Below, in pieces: positions 1 to 13,206 of a stretch of DNA of 64,000 bases. The notes beneath the pieces were generated by a model. That model ran no database searches. It was not told where the DNA came from and was given only the letters and a program-made list of their open reading frames with translations. The translations under genes and the position numbers were made by a program. Source of the DNA: Octopus sinensis (lineage: Eukaryota); NCBI RefSeq assembly GCF_006345805.1, contig NC_043013.1, forward strand, positions 20,460,001 through 20,524,000. The letters run 5' to 3'. Numbering within the stretch: the first letter of the stretch is position 1; every line of letters starts with the position of its first letter.

Positions 1-206
1 ATGTTGATCATGTTGATAAATACATACCAGTAGTGAATCTTCCATTTTTTTATCCGGGTATTGTGCATCTAGGACTACATTGACTAATGCGCTCTTCCTT
101 GTAGCTGATTAGCCATCCCAAAATCCAGCATACCTATGATTAATGTCCTTTCAGATATGATAATCCCATCTATTATTTAGACACCGTATATCTAGGATTT
201 TGTGAA

Positions 207-462
207 GGCGCGTGGCTTAGTGGTTAGGCTGTTGCACTCACGACCACTAGATAGTTGGTTCGATTCCCTGAATGAGCGGCACGTTGTGTTCTTGGGCAAA
301 TCACTTCATTTCACATTGCTCCAGTCTCCCTTCACTCAAGGGTATTGCTGGCCTTCTCGCCTAGCCAGTGGGGTTGCGTCATTTGAAGGCTAAAACAAAG
401 CAAAAGTGCATTGTGACCAGCGATGTAAACATCTGATAGCCTGGTCGGTCACGTGATCACGT
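207..462 (+). mobile_element. tRNA-derived SINE with CORE-like central motif
   Basis: Head GGCGCGTGGCTTAGTGGTTAGG (A box) and GGTTCGATTCC (B box), followed by CORE-like TTCTTGGGCAAATCACTT; 3' limit approximate. Confidence 0.75.
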
Positions 463-584
463 ATGATGTCTCGGATAACATTATTTAATATGTCATTTCT
501 TATTGATGGTTAATCTCATATCGTTCATCACGCAAGAGATCTAAGATCAATATACTTCCAGTCTTGACCATCCTGTCTTTTTTT

Positions 585-710
585 AAAGATATTCTGTATC
601 TCGGACAACACTGTCCAATATGTCTTTTACCCATTTAAGACGGAAAGGTGAAATGTGAGGCAGACTTATCTGCTGCTTCTTGCAATTGAAACTACCTCAT
701 AATATCCTCA
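585..710 (-). mobile_element. Old dispersed repeat fragment (probable ancient SINE); relatives at ~6400-6495, ~22010-22090, ~26640-26725, ~42830-42870
   Basis: Degenerate recurring motif CTAGAAATAGCAGCC...CTCCCTCAAAT...GTCTTA...GGACACATTGGA in both orientations. Confidence 0.45.
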
Positions 711-1689
711 CGGTGCGTCGCCTTGACATGGTTTCATATCCTGGCGGAGATCATTTCCTCTCGATTACGTAACAAAGGACGAGAAAGAAGTGAGAACACT
801 TGAAGCTGTTGTTATTTGTCGATGAAGAAATTAAAGACGCCATGTTTTGCTGCTAAGATTCTCCTTAATCTCACAAAATAAACATGAAACGCAATGAAAC
901 AAGAGCGAGGTGTAAAATTAATGTTTAGTCATCACTTCTTATTGTGTGTACAAATGAAATTGTTGTTTGTTAACAGCCAATGATTAAATATTGAAATATT
1001 TTAATATCTTAAATAGCATCGTGTTTTACAAACTAAAATAAACTGACGCAACAGCAATCTAATTTATGGTGGAAGGAACCGGCCCTGTGGTTAAGCTAAT
1101 ATATTGTACTTAAGCTGGTGTTAGTGTTGTAAGTGTAGAACTATATTTGAAGAGAGCATAAAATTATTAATTTGATGCTTAATTCTGGTGAAGAGAGACA
1201 GGCGAGTCAACTCTGATATTTAGACTAAGTAAAATTAAGACAAAATAGAAAATGGGCATGCAGTGGGAAGAGAGTTTGATTTTGGTGTCGCAATGATAAT
1301 AAACGACGTGTTTCAAACTTATTAAACCTCCTCGGAGAAGGATAGTCTTACTTCTATTTTCAGCTCAATCCGTACAGTTTAGCGACTGATAATAGTTATA
1401 CTTGACAAGAGCTGGCTGACCTTGGGCTACTACAGCAACAGCATCAGCGGTTATTGTAACATTAACGAGGGTTGTAATGTTGGAAGGAATATGGCTGTGA
1501 ACAAAGAACACTCCAATACTTTATTCTTAAAAACTGAAAAAGATGAATTATTCTGCGAGTCCAGTAATCCACTCGCAATATGTAAAGGATTTCAAAAATA
1601 TTGAGCTGCTCATACGTTTTAACTGAAATCACATCGAGGATCATTCAATGAACCCTAAATATCCCAGATATCATTTTCGTCCTATCAGT

Positions 1690-3019
1690 GCATTCTGAGA
1701 GCTGGCTCTTTCACTCGTCCCAGGATTACATCTTCTAGCAAATTATCGCCAAATTTACTGGAAAGCACTGCCTTCTACACCCTCATCTTTCTTTCTAAGT
1801 GGAATTGAAAAAGTCGACGAGTTTTTGGCCCTCTAGAGACGAGTGCTCTTTCAGCTGTCTCTACCATAGAACCACTTTTGCTATAGCCTTCAGCTGAGAA
1901 GAGAAGGCAGTTTTACTCCTGCCAGAAAAAACACAACTGTCTTCCCTTCACGCCTAAAAGAAAGTATCACAGGGATTTTTCACGATAGACTCGCCCGAGA
2001 GTTGATCCATCATACACGCAACGACAGCTTTTCGATAAAAGTCTTCAAGTCAGCAATTCTCGGTTACTGTAAACCCCCCAGAAAGATTATCGCCGGTCTG
2101 CGGGAAAATATGTCACCGTAGATGAAATATCGCATCTGCTCATCATCCATCTGAACCTTTGCCTAACCAGAGTTGTATCTTCTTGTAGGACAAAGCATGC
2201 CATCATCCGCAGACATTAGTTTCTAGTGTCTATCCATCGCATTTATATTAGCCTCTTGCTGTGCTATGTATGTCCAGAAAAGGCTGAATTCCCCGATGTC
2301 TTTTTAGACTACTTCTGTGTGTGGATGTCTATTGGGAATCGCATAATCACTGCCCGGCATCTCCTGCTGCAAATAACGTTTTCCATTTCACTCCATATGT
2401 CTCTCAACCACTTCCGTAACACGGCATTTATAAACGACTCAACCCGTCGGCGTTTAAACCACAGTGCACCTCTATAACACTGATCCAGGGACCGACTTGA
2501 GGTTAATACGGCCTTCCTGTATTCTATCAGGATGAGTCCCAAGCCTCTTTTATGTCTTTCTTCTATGAGGTAAATACTTTTGTTGTTCTTACAAAAGAGT
2601 CAAATCTTTCAGGATTCTTGGTGAAGCTGTTGCTCATGATATTGATACCGCTTCTCTCAATGGTGGTGGTGGTGTTAATGCCTACCATGGACGTCAGAAT
2701 ATCGCTGGTGTCATTTGCAATTACTCTTACTTATGCAGTTCCGGCTTCTATACTGGACCTCGTCGAAACTGCCATGCTGTTGCTATAGGTGACTTTAGAA
2801 GTGTTGTTGTTGTTGTTGCTATAAACATTGGTGTTGTTGTTGCTGAAGCTTTCATGACTACAACGAATAGTTTCTTTTCCCTCATCTTCTGTGTCTTGTC
2901 TTTTTTCTTATTTGTCAAACAGCGCTGTCTGCAATTTTAAATTTTTCAAGATTCAAATAAAAAAAGTTGTTTTTTAAACGGACAGAGACGAATTGACACA
3001 AGAGAATGATCACACCACT
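1690..3019 (-). mobile_element. Decayed, probably internally deleted Tx1/L1-like LINE (ORF2 C-terminus 1690-2550; putative 5'UTR/ORF1 start 2560-3019)
   Basis: Minus-strand translation (SLDQCYRGAL..., LVDFF..., AVLSSKF..., with frameshifts) parallels the cleaner ORF2 C-terminus at 40968-41957; assignment of the 5' part is weaker. Confidence 0.55.
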
Positions 3020-3039
3020 CTACTCATGGTCACTTCTAA

Positions 3040-3690
3040 ACAAGATGAACAACAAATTGTGAAACAAAAATTTCTGAAACAAGCAACAAATATTCTCAGA
3101 ATTTACAGAGCCATAAAAAGAGCAACTTGAACTGACATCAATAACAATAGTTTCTAGCAAGGTCGATGTTCTAGGAATTAGCGGTGGGGGCGCAGCAATT
3201 AAATCGGGTACTTTTGAGGGGGAAAAAGATTCGCTGACTAAATCAATACGAGTACATGATTGGTATTTTACTGGTACTTGGCTGGTTCTTATTATTTCAC
3301 CCGGAACAATAAAAGGAAAAAGTTCATCACGGTGGGATGTAAAATTACAGAATGCAAAGAACCCAAACAGATACCGCAAGATATTTTCTACGACGCCCAA
3401 ACGATTTTGCCATCCATTTTACAAGGTGGGAGTGGGAAAAATTTGATAGTATTAACTCTGTAAGGTGACCCCAATATAACGCACGCGCAAAGCCCATGGG
3501 TGACTTAAGGGCAGTATACTCTATTGCAAGATATCGGGCTACATGTCCAGTTTGAAGATGGTCGTCTTTGTTTCAGTCACCAGACGTTATACATGGCACC
3601 AATGTTAAGAACCGGGCAAACTGCAACAAAAGCATTCATGAACAAGGTGGGAATGGTAAACTGGGTGACAGGGAAAGTCGGACACAACGC
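3040..3690 (+). pseudogene. Degraded LINE ORF1 (gag-like CCHC knuckle, I/Jockey-type) remnant
   Basis: NLIVLTL...IGLHVQFEDGRLCFSHQT-x-HGTNVKNRANCN resembles a decayed CFxCQxxGHxxxCxxxxxC knuckle; stops and frameshifts. Confidence 0.4.
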
Positions 3691-3709
3691 TATAAGTGTG
3701 TGTGTGTGT

Positions 3710-3746
<37 letters not shown>

Positions 3747-3886
3747 AGAGAGAGGTTATAGTTGATTACGTTCTCTGATTTTCTTGTATCGATCCCAGCG
3801 ATATGTAAGCTAGAAATAACTAGTAATATAACAAGGCATGGCGTTAGGCGCTCCACCAACTCTCCCTGCCTACCACTTTTTGTAAT

Positions 3887-4098
3887 ACTCTTTTACTTGT
3901 TTCAGTCATTTGACTGCGGCCATGCTGGAGCACCGCCTCTAATCGAGCAACTCGACCCCGGGACTTATTCTTTTTGTAAGCCCAGTACTTATTCTATCGG
4001 TCTCTTTTGCCGAACCGCTAAGTAACGGGGACATAAGCACACCAGCATCGGTTGTCAAGCAATGCTAGGGGACAAACACAGACACACAAACACATACA

Positions 4099-4138
<40 letters not shown>

Positions 4139-4304
4139 TACGACGGGCTTCTTTCAGTTTCCGTCTACCAAATCCACTCACAAGGCTTTGGTCGGCCCGA
4201 GGCTATAGTAGAAGACACTTGCCCAAGGTGCCACGCAGTGGGACTGAACCCGGAACCATGTGGTTGGTAGACAAGCTACTTACCACAGCCACTCCTGCGC
4301 CTAT
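3887..4304 (-). mobile_element. SINE family A (tRNA-like head, CORE-like motif, internal TA/CA microsatellite), full length
   Basis: Reverse strand ATAGGCGCAGGAGTGGCTGTGGTAAG...GGTTCAGTCCC...CCTTGGGCAAGTGTC; more than 10 homologous copies in the window. Confidence 0.92.
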
Positions 4305-5392
4305 AGTACAATGATTTATTACAAGGATGCAGAAAATAGGGCTAGATCAACTATACCGCGCCCAGTATATGACTAATGCCTTGTTTTATCGACTCAGAAG
4401 TATTAGAGCGGAAGTGAAACCTAGTGAGAATTGAAGTCATAACCTGCGCATTTACAACAATATATCGCGTGGCATTTCCTCTGCTTCTCTATTAGCAGTG
4501 TGCCAGTTCTATAAAACCATAATACCGACTGATTAAATGTGGAATGGATATAAAAATTAATAGCCTATTATCTATCAAATGCAAGAAAGGATTACAGAAT
4601 TAAGATTTGTAAAAAGGATTTGGTTAAAAGGAAAAGAGCTGATATAGAATTAGAAAATTGCGCTGAAGCATTAGCCGAAGACGTATAAAAATTAATGCTG
4701 TGCTTTTATATTTTCTTTATTAAATATATCATCTTAAAAACATCATTTCATTCTTCAGTTTTCTCGTTTCCATATAAAAATGAACAGTTTCGTAGCGAAT
4801 GATTCCTTGAAGCAAAATCGAAGCTAAATTCTTCAATGGAACGGGTTCCTTTCCTATGAAGGCTAATAAAAGACACCCCGCTTTAAATGACGTAGATTAA
4901 TGCTTCATACTTTCCGTTTTATCACATTTTCCACCTGAATTTCTCTTCATTACAAAAGTCTTAATTAAAATATTGAAATATAAATATTTGAATTTATTAT
5001 TTTCATCTTTCTTTCGAAATTAACTCATTTATTTATAATATACCAATATATTATTAAACTTGCATCAATATATTCAATCTTTATCATTACATTAAACTTG
5101 TCACCCACTCTTATATACATATTTTTTTTATCTATATATTACCTCCTCAAATGTTTCTCTCACTCTAACCACTCCCTCTGTCCAATACTCTTCTTTATGT
5201 CTACATATTTATTTTTCTCTTTCTATTCTTCCCCTCACTCGGCTTCTTTCTCGTCCATTCACTCAATTGCTTATTTTCTCTTCATTCAATCAAAAACTTT
5301 AATCTCTTCTGGCGCAAATGCACACATCTACATTCATACACATGCCTATATATTCTTATAAGCATTCTTAATGTTTATTTCTTATACAATCA

Positions 5393-5435
<43 letters not shown>

Positions 5436-5749
5436 CAATACATACACACATTCGGGCCATATACTATAAATGTCGAAGCTAGTCTGGTTATAAAGAATGC
5501 CATTGAATGAAGTTTATCAGAAATTTATTCTTTAAGCTATTCGTTAGCAGAAAAATGGAGTCAACTGGAAAGGTACTAATTAGATAACAAAATAATTTAT
5601 CTAATTAAGATATTATCTCATTAAATTATTTTTCGATAACTGCAAAAATGCATTAGCTTGCCTAGGCCATTAATATATTCACTGTTAAATAATTACTTAA
5701 TGGCCATAATATATATATATTTATATGTGTGTGTGTATGCGTGTGTAAT

Positions 5750-5795
<46 letters not shown>

Positions 5796-6959
5796 TAAAT
5801 ATACATATCTATATATACATGCATATGTGTATATATATATATATATATACATATATATATCCATATATATATGTACATATGCATACACACACATATATAT
5901 GTACATATGCATACATACACATATAACGCTTACATTTAGTAAAATATGCCCCACCAACCCAATTAAAATACTAGTTAAATACGTAACAGTACTTTCATTA
6001 TTCAACAAGTACGCGAGTCAGCTTCGGTTAGGGTTCACTCTAATTTCATCTCCCCAGCGAAGCCTCGATGTCTCTGTCGTTGCTGCCGGGGTAATGGGTA
6101 AATCATTAAATGAATGTGCAATATTGAATAAGAGTGACAACAAACATCGACATAGAAATTCTTTTCTACATCTGATGTTCAAGATATAGAGGCGGCATAT
6201 AATCGATGTAATAGATTTCAGTACTTAACTAGTAAATGTTGCTTTCCCCTTGCACCGTGGAAATGCAAGTTGGCAACAGTGGGATTTGAACTGAGTAGGT
6301 AGACTGGATGCGGGAAATTATTGTCAAAATAATAGGTACCATGATAAGAATTTACGTTATACACCAGGTATGCGGATTGTAGACTTATGAACCGATGAGG
6401 AAACTCTGACCTGGTCACCCAGTCTCCTAGAAATAGCAACTGAGTCACTTTTCTAAATGACAGCCCCACTGTCTTAGGAAAGGACACATTGGATAATTGT
6501 GAAAATTGTTAAGGTCACCACTCCAACTGTTATATTGGCAAAGCAAGTATGAAATTTCCCTCCAGTTCACTGTGTACTTGTAACAAGCAGTAACGGCAAT
6601 GCACATCACTCAGCACAAAGTATTAAGAAACAGTCTTAATAGCCATCAAAGTCTAGTCATGTGATTTATTGACATATCAGTAAATGACGAAATTAACAGC
6701 GGGGGATAACAGATAAAGACTTGATAGCTGTACTAGGATGTAAACACCCACAAAAGCAAACATATGTATTTACATAGAAAAAACCACAGCCCAAAACACC
6801 CTACCGGGCCCCAGACTTCCCTATTCCCTTATGCACAGATACATGTATACTCATAGATACACTTACATACATGCATATACATACACACATGCATATGTAT
6901 TCATACATACGGTCTATCTATCTATCTCTATATCTCTATCCATCTCTCTCTCTCTCTCT

Positions 6960-7017
<58 letters not shown>

Positions 7018-8040
7018 TTATAATAAGCAACAAGGATATCCAGAGGTAATGCTGTACGATCGTTTCATGCAACTCCATTTAATTGAATAATGCAATCATT
7101 ACATCAATTTAAAATGCAGAGCAATCTTCATCTGCACAAAGACATAACATTTAATTAAATTAGAATAGATGGACACATTAGTATGATTATACCTAAAATC
7201 TCCAAGACGTTAAGCAAAGAAGTTACCAAGTTTTCAAGAAGATATACATTGTTACAGACTCTGCCTGTCACTGATTTTTTTTGTTCTTATGAGTTCAGTT
7301 TTAATTTATAGACTAGTTTATCAAATCCCTTGTATATATATGGCTGGGAGAACAAAGGGCAGTATCTGTTAGGGGTAGGGCTGAGGGAGCAGACAGACAT
7401 GATAATGGGTATAGTCATAAAAATCAAGATTTATTAGAAGCAATATCATAAGATTTGGTAAAAGAAAATTTAAAACAAGATATTAGCTGACAATTAAGAG
7501 GATCGCCCACTGGACTTTACTCATAAGGAATTGGGATCCTACATATATACCATTCTACCTTAAAAATGGATATACAACTTCATATATATATATATAGACA
7601 TAGACATATGTACATATATACATGTATAGGAAAATAAGATATATACCCTTATAAAAATATCTTCTTTAACATGGCGGTTTTATAAAGAATTATGTTACTA
7701 CATTTTAACACAAGGAAAACGTCTTTTCCAACTGGTCAACGCCATCCAGCCTGTGTCCAATATATTGTGAGTAAGGGGAGGGAGCGAATCACTCCCCTCC
7801 AGCTTGGCAAGACGAGTAGATCATGGTTTCTAGGTCTTTACCCTCCATCGGTACTGGACACCAGCCTGGTTTTACTCCAAATATATTGGACACAGGTTGT
7901 GTGTCATTAACCAGCTGGAAAGATAGCCATGTTATAGTGGCAAAGAACGTTTGTGTGTCTGTGTGTCTGTGCGTGAGTGTGTTTATACAGCTATATGTAA
8001 TATATATATAAGAGAGAGAGATAGAGAGATTCATGCAAAC

Positions 8041-8205
8041 ATAGGCGCAGAAGTGGCAGTGTGGTAAATAGCTTGCTTACCAACCACATGGTTCTAGGTT
8101 CAGTCCCATTGCATGACACCTTGGGCAAGTATCTTCTACTATAACCTAGGGCCGACCAAAGCCTTGTGAGTGGATTTGGTAGACGGAAACTGAAAGAAGC
8201 CTGTC

Positions 8206-8206
<1 letters not shown>
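8041..8206 (+). mobile_element. SINE family A, 5' half ending in (TA)n
   Basis: High identity to the head of 3887-4304. Confidence 0.9.
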
Positions 8207-8242
<36 letters not shown>

Positions 8243-8257
8243 TGTATGTGTGTATAG

Positions 8258-8293
<36 letters not shown>

Positions 8294-8311
8294 CACACAC
8301 ACACACACATA

Positions 8312-8344
<33 letters not shown>

Positions 8345-8369
8345 CACCTGGAGAAGAGAGAGAGAGAGG

Positions 8370-8400
<31 letters not shown>

Positions 8401-9284
8401 AAATATAATTTATTTTCATTAGTTTGATTTCTTTCATTATTAAATTTATCAATCCCAAACCGTATTATTTGTTAGCCAATAAAACATCTTTTCATACATA
8501 TTAGATAAGAATCTCACGACATTTCGCATTTCTCTCCAATGTCCCATGATTGGATTAGACCGGCCCTCTTGCACTATCCTCCTCCTCCTCCTCCTTATCC
8601 TCCTCCTAATCATCATCATCATCACCACAATCATTATCATCGTCATCGTCATCCACATCCTCCTCCTCATCATTATTTATTATTATTGTTAGTCATACGT
8701 GTATGTTGTTTACAGAAGTCTACCAACGGGATAGCAATCATGATGGATGGTTTAAATAGGAATAAGTTACTCCAATCACGTAGCTCTCTAAAATTAGAGA
8801 CAAGATTTACTTCAGTAAAGGCATTTTGGAAATTAAAGACTGTCTGATTAGCTTTCTTCCATTGCAACCAAACACACTTCCCTCTTGCTCTCAGAAATCC
8901 TTCAGCTGTCTTATCTCTTTCTCTGCGTGTTAACATATATACATATACATACATACATGTACGCTTACATACATAAAAACATACATATATACATACACGC
9001 ATCCACATAGACACACGCACAAACACGCATATAGTGATGTGTGTGTGTATATGTGTATGTACATATGAGTGTGTCTGTGTATGCACAGACAAGCATACAT
9101 ACAGTCAATTGTAGCTTTAATATTCAGTCTTAATGAGGCAAACATGAAAAGGAAAAAAAACACACTCAATCTATTCGTGATTATACACACACTCATGAAG
9201 TTAAACATATATAGCCTTCTTCTGTATATATCCACAGGCTACAAGATAAATGAAATTCATTTCATATATATATATGCATACTTC

Positions 9285-9350
<66 letters not shown>

Positions 9351-10590
9351 GCTTATATATACGTGTGTGTGTATAAATATATCTTATGCTTCTATATATG
9401 CATGTATATATGTATGTACTTGTGAACTTATATGCATATTTATTTGTATGTGTCTATGTATATGTATGCATATATGTATATATGTGTGTGTATATATATA
9501 TATACACATGCATACACATATAGATAGCATTATATATACATACCACCTACACAAATGTGTGTATGTGTGTGTAGGTGAGTATGTCACTAGGTCTGTCTAT
9601 AAGTGATTCTATATCGAGTAATGTCAAAGAAGCCATTTGTGCAGCAAGTGTACCGTTGCGTCCAAGGTTCGTTTCCTGGGGGAATTTATATCAGTTACTT
9701 CTTTAATGACCTTATAGAAAGGCATGATGCTCACAACTTTTACGTCCATAATTCTTACCTTATATGACTAACCAATCTTTAAAGAACATATATTATTATG
9801 GAAGTGGCGGCAATTGACTATCATTGTCATACCTTTGTAGGTATGTGTTTAACGGAGAGGAACGGCAGAAAGGATCGGTGCGTCGAAGAAAAAATATCTT
9901 GAAGCATTTATGTTCGAGTTACTTCCGACTTTAACATTTTCTGGTTAATATATGAAGGAATACACGATAAGAGCGGCAAGTATGGTCCAAATAGTTTTAT
10001 AGTTTCTTATGGAAATGTCAGAATATCAGGAGAGACCATTATACCAAGAACATTAAGGCAAGAAGATTATGTCAAACAGATTATGTCGAGGAGATCATGT
10101 GAAATATATTAGGGTTTATCGCGACTCAAAACCTTTCTACTTTGGTTGATTGCGAAGGCTGTGAAATCCTGATGTGAATACATTTATCTACATGGTGCAA
10201 ACACAGATAACTGTAAAATTAATTTTGTTAGGCGTCCAACACAAAGCAGAATGTGTCTTCCGTGGAGGTCATATCTAAGGTGATCATATGATGGTCATAT
10301 CTAAGGTGATCATTATACTGAATTTGTGTATCTAATATAAATAAATGTTGGTCTAAAAAGCTAATATGTGAACCAAAGAGAGAGAGAGAGTGGGAGAGAG
10401 AGACAAAGACAGAGAGAGTGTTACTAAATGGTGGCTATACATAAAATATGAGACGGTTTTACCTTTGATTGTCTTTGATTAAAGGTCGGCTCAATCAGAA
10501 TCGGCTTGATGTAAAAGTGATTGAGAAATAAATATATCTGCCGTGGAGATACCATTCTCTGTCTGTCTGTCTGTCTATCTGTCTGTCTGC

Positions 10591-10621
<31 letters not shown>

Positions 10622-10785
10622 ATTCTCTAAGTCAACCTCTTTCTTTCTCAGCTTACAGAAAGTTCAAAACCAGAAGTCTCCAAACAAGGTATCTACATAA
10701 CCACTGTAGCGCTACTATAGAACTATCACGGCAACTCTGTTGTCCGCTTATCGTCAATTATACAACTACTTTAGACAAACAGGCT

Positions 10786-11075
10786 ATGTAGTATGGATCT
10801 ATGGATCTACCATATGGCTACACTGGATCTATACAATCATAGATCTACTAGTAATGTAGCATGGATCTATGGATCTACCATATGGCTACACTGGATCTAT
10901 ACAACTGTAGATCTACTAGTAATGTAGCGTGGATCTATGGATCTACCATATGGCTACACTGGATCTATACAACCATAGATCTACTAGTAATGTAGCATGG
11001 ATCTATGGATCTACCATATGGCTACACTGGATCTATACAACCATAGATCTACTAGTAATGTAGTATGGATATATG
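10786..11075. repeat. 68-bp minisatellite, about 4.3 copies, GATCTA-rich
   Basis: Unit ATGTAGCATGGATCTATGGATCTACCATATGGCTACACTGGATCTATACAACCATAGATCTACTAGTA starts at 10786, 10854, 10922, 10990, 11058. Confidence 0.95.
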
Positions 11076-11144
11076 AAGCTGTTATAAAGGTACTAGCTAT
11101 TTATGGGTCTTGGGAAGTACTAAGGATCTGAGAATAAACTAAGG

Positions 11145-11446
11145 GTGGAGGCACATGGCCTAGTGGTTAGAGCAGCGGACTCGCGGTCGAGGGATCGCGG
11201 GTTCGAATCTCAGACTGGGCAATGTGTTTGTTTAGGAGTGAGGCACCAAAGCTCCACGCGGCTCCGGCAGAAGGTAATGGCGAACTTCTGCTGAGTCTTT
11301 CGCCATAACTTTCTCTCACTCTTTCCTCCTGTATCTTGCAGCTCACCTGCAACGGACCGGCGTCCCGTCCAGGTGGGGAACCTATACGCCAAGAAAACCG
11401 GGAAACCGGCCCTTATGAGCCAGGCATGGCTCGAGAAGGAACAAAC
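11145..11446 (+). mobile_element. tRNA-Arg(TCG)-like SINE family C, tail type 1, 12-bp TSD
   Basis: A box TGGCCTAGTGG, anticodon arm GGACTCGCGGTC, B box GGTTCGAATCT; TSD AATAAACTAAGG at 11133-11144 and 11447-11458. Confidence 0.92.
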
Positions 11447-11813
11447 AATAAACTAAGGAGCCATTATAAATGGATGTAAGAACTACCGATATACGTAGGA
11501 TCTACTATGCATCTATGGAAGTACTACAGAGGTATTAAAGATCTCCTATGGACCTCCCACGGACGTACTATGGATCTATAGAACCATTGTGAGACAGTCA
11601 CGAATAGATTGTTGAATAATTTATTCCTTGGAGAAATATCATTTATAGAGACTGAAATTTGATATTGAAATGGAATTTCTATAACGATCAATTCGATTTA
11701 AGGTAAATGTTGTCACGACGTTGGATATCAGCGAAAATGGTATCTCTTGCACGTCAGCTATACAAATGTATATGTATGCATGTATCATATTATGGCAAAT
11801 GTATATATGCAGT

Positions 11814-11848
<35 letters not shown>

Positions 11849-12242
11849 CGGGGGGGAGTCCCGTGTTTGTGTGTGCGCGTGTGTGCGTGAGTGAACGCGT
11901 GCACGTGTGTCTGTGCCTGCATGTGTGTGTGTATGTGTGTGTGTGTGCACGTGCGTGTAGGTATGATGTATGCAGACATGAATAAATATATATGCATATA
12001 TGGATATTGGCAGGGCAGGTGCATCAGTGTATGCGTATACATGTATATTTGGACGGCAAATGTATATATACATCCATATTTAAAAAAGATATATATATAT
12101 CTATATATCTATCTGTCTGTCTGTCTGTCTATCTATCTCTCTGTCTCTATCTATCTCTCTGTCTCTCTATCTATCTCTGTCTCTCTCTGTCTCTCTCTCT
12201 ATCTATCAAAAGCCGCTAGACATTTCAAACTTTCTAAATTTT

Positions 12243-12639
12243 ACTCTCTCTTTTACTCTTTTATTTGTTTTAGTCATTTGACTGTGGCCATGCTGGGGCA
12301 CCGCCTTTAGTCGAGCACATCGACTCCAGGACTTATTCTTTGTAAGCCTAGTACTTATTCTGTCGGCCTCTTTTGCCGAACCGCTAGGTTACGGGGACAT
12401 AAACACACCAGCATCGGTTGTGAAGCGACGTGGGAGGGACAAACACATACACACAAACATATACACACACATACATATAGATATACATAGACATATATAC
12501 GACGGGCTTCTTTCAGTTTCCATCGGTTGGTCCGAGGCTATAGTAGAAGACACTTGCCCAAGGTGCCACGCAGTGGGACTGAACCCGGAACCATGTAGTT
12601 TGTAAGCAAGCTACTTACCACACAGCCACTCCTACGCCT
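12243..12639 (-). mobile_element. SINE family A inserted in upstream PLE repeat, TSD CTAAATTTT
   Basis: TSD at 12234-12242 and 12638-12646; empty site visible in the paralogous repeat at ~15257. Confidence 0.92.
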
Positions 12640-12791
12640 AAATTTTCTAAACTTTTGAAACTTCAGTACCTTTGAACTTTGAAAATTTGAGAAAAAAACT
12701 TTCTGGGTCTTCTTAAACGAGGATTACCAAAGACCTCCTCACTGTTCACTGTTCATACAAATACATTTATTCAAATTCTTCAGTTTCATGC

Positions 12792-13206
12792 TCTTTTACT
12801 CTCTTTACTCTTTTACTTGTTTCAGTCATTTGACTGCGGTCATGCTGGAGCACCGCCTTTTAATCGAGCAAATCGACCCCGGGACTTATTCTTTTTGTAA
12901 GCCCAGTACTTATTCTATCGGTCTCTTTTGCCGAACCGCTAAGTAACGGGGACATAAACACAACAGCATCGGTTGTCAAGCAATGCTAGGGGAACAAACA
13001 CAGACACACAAACACACGCACGCATATATATATGTACATATATACGACGGGCTTCTTTCAGTTTCCGTCTACCAAATCCACTCACAAGGCTTTGGTCGGC
13101 CCGAGGCTATAGTAGAAGACACTTGCCCAAGGTGCCACGCAGTGGAACTGAACCCGGAACCATGTGGTTGGTAAACAAGCTACTTACCACACAGCCACTC
13201 CTGCGC
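12792..13206 (-). mobile_element. SINE family A inserted in upstream PLE repeat
   Basis: Near-identical to 3887-4304; absent from the paralogous repeat at ~15405. Confidence 0.92.

Noticed and set aside
10786-11075. Possible CRISPR array
   Set aside because: Contiguous near-identical units with no unique spacers, no cas genes, eukaryotic context
11145-11220. Functional tRNA-Arg gene (also 41468-41540, 207-270)
   Set aside because: Continues into a SINE body (with TSDs at 11145 and 41464); acceptor stem not intact
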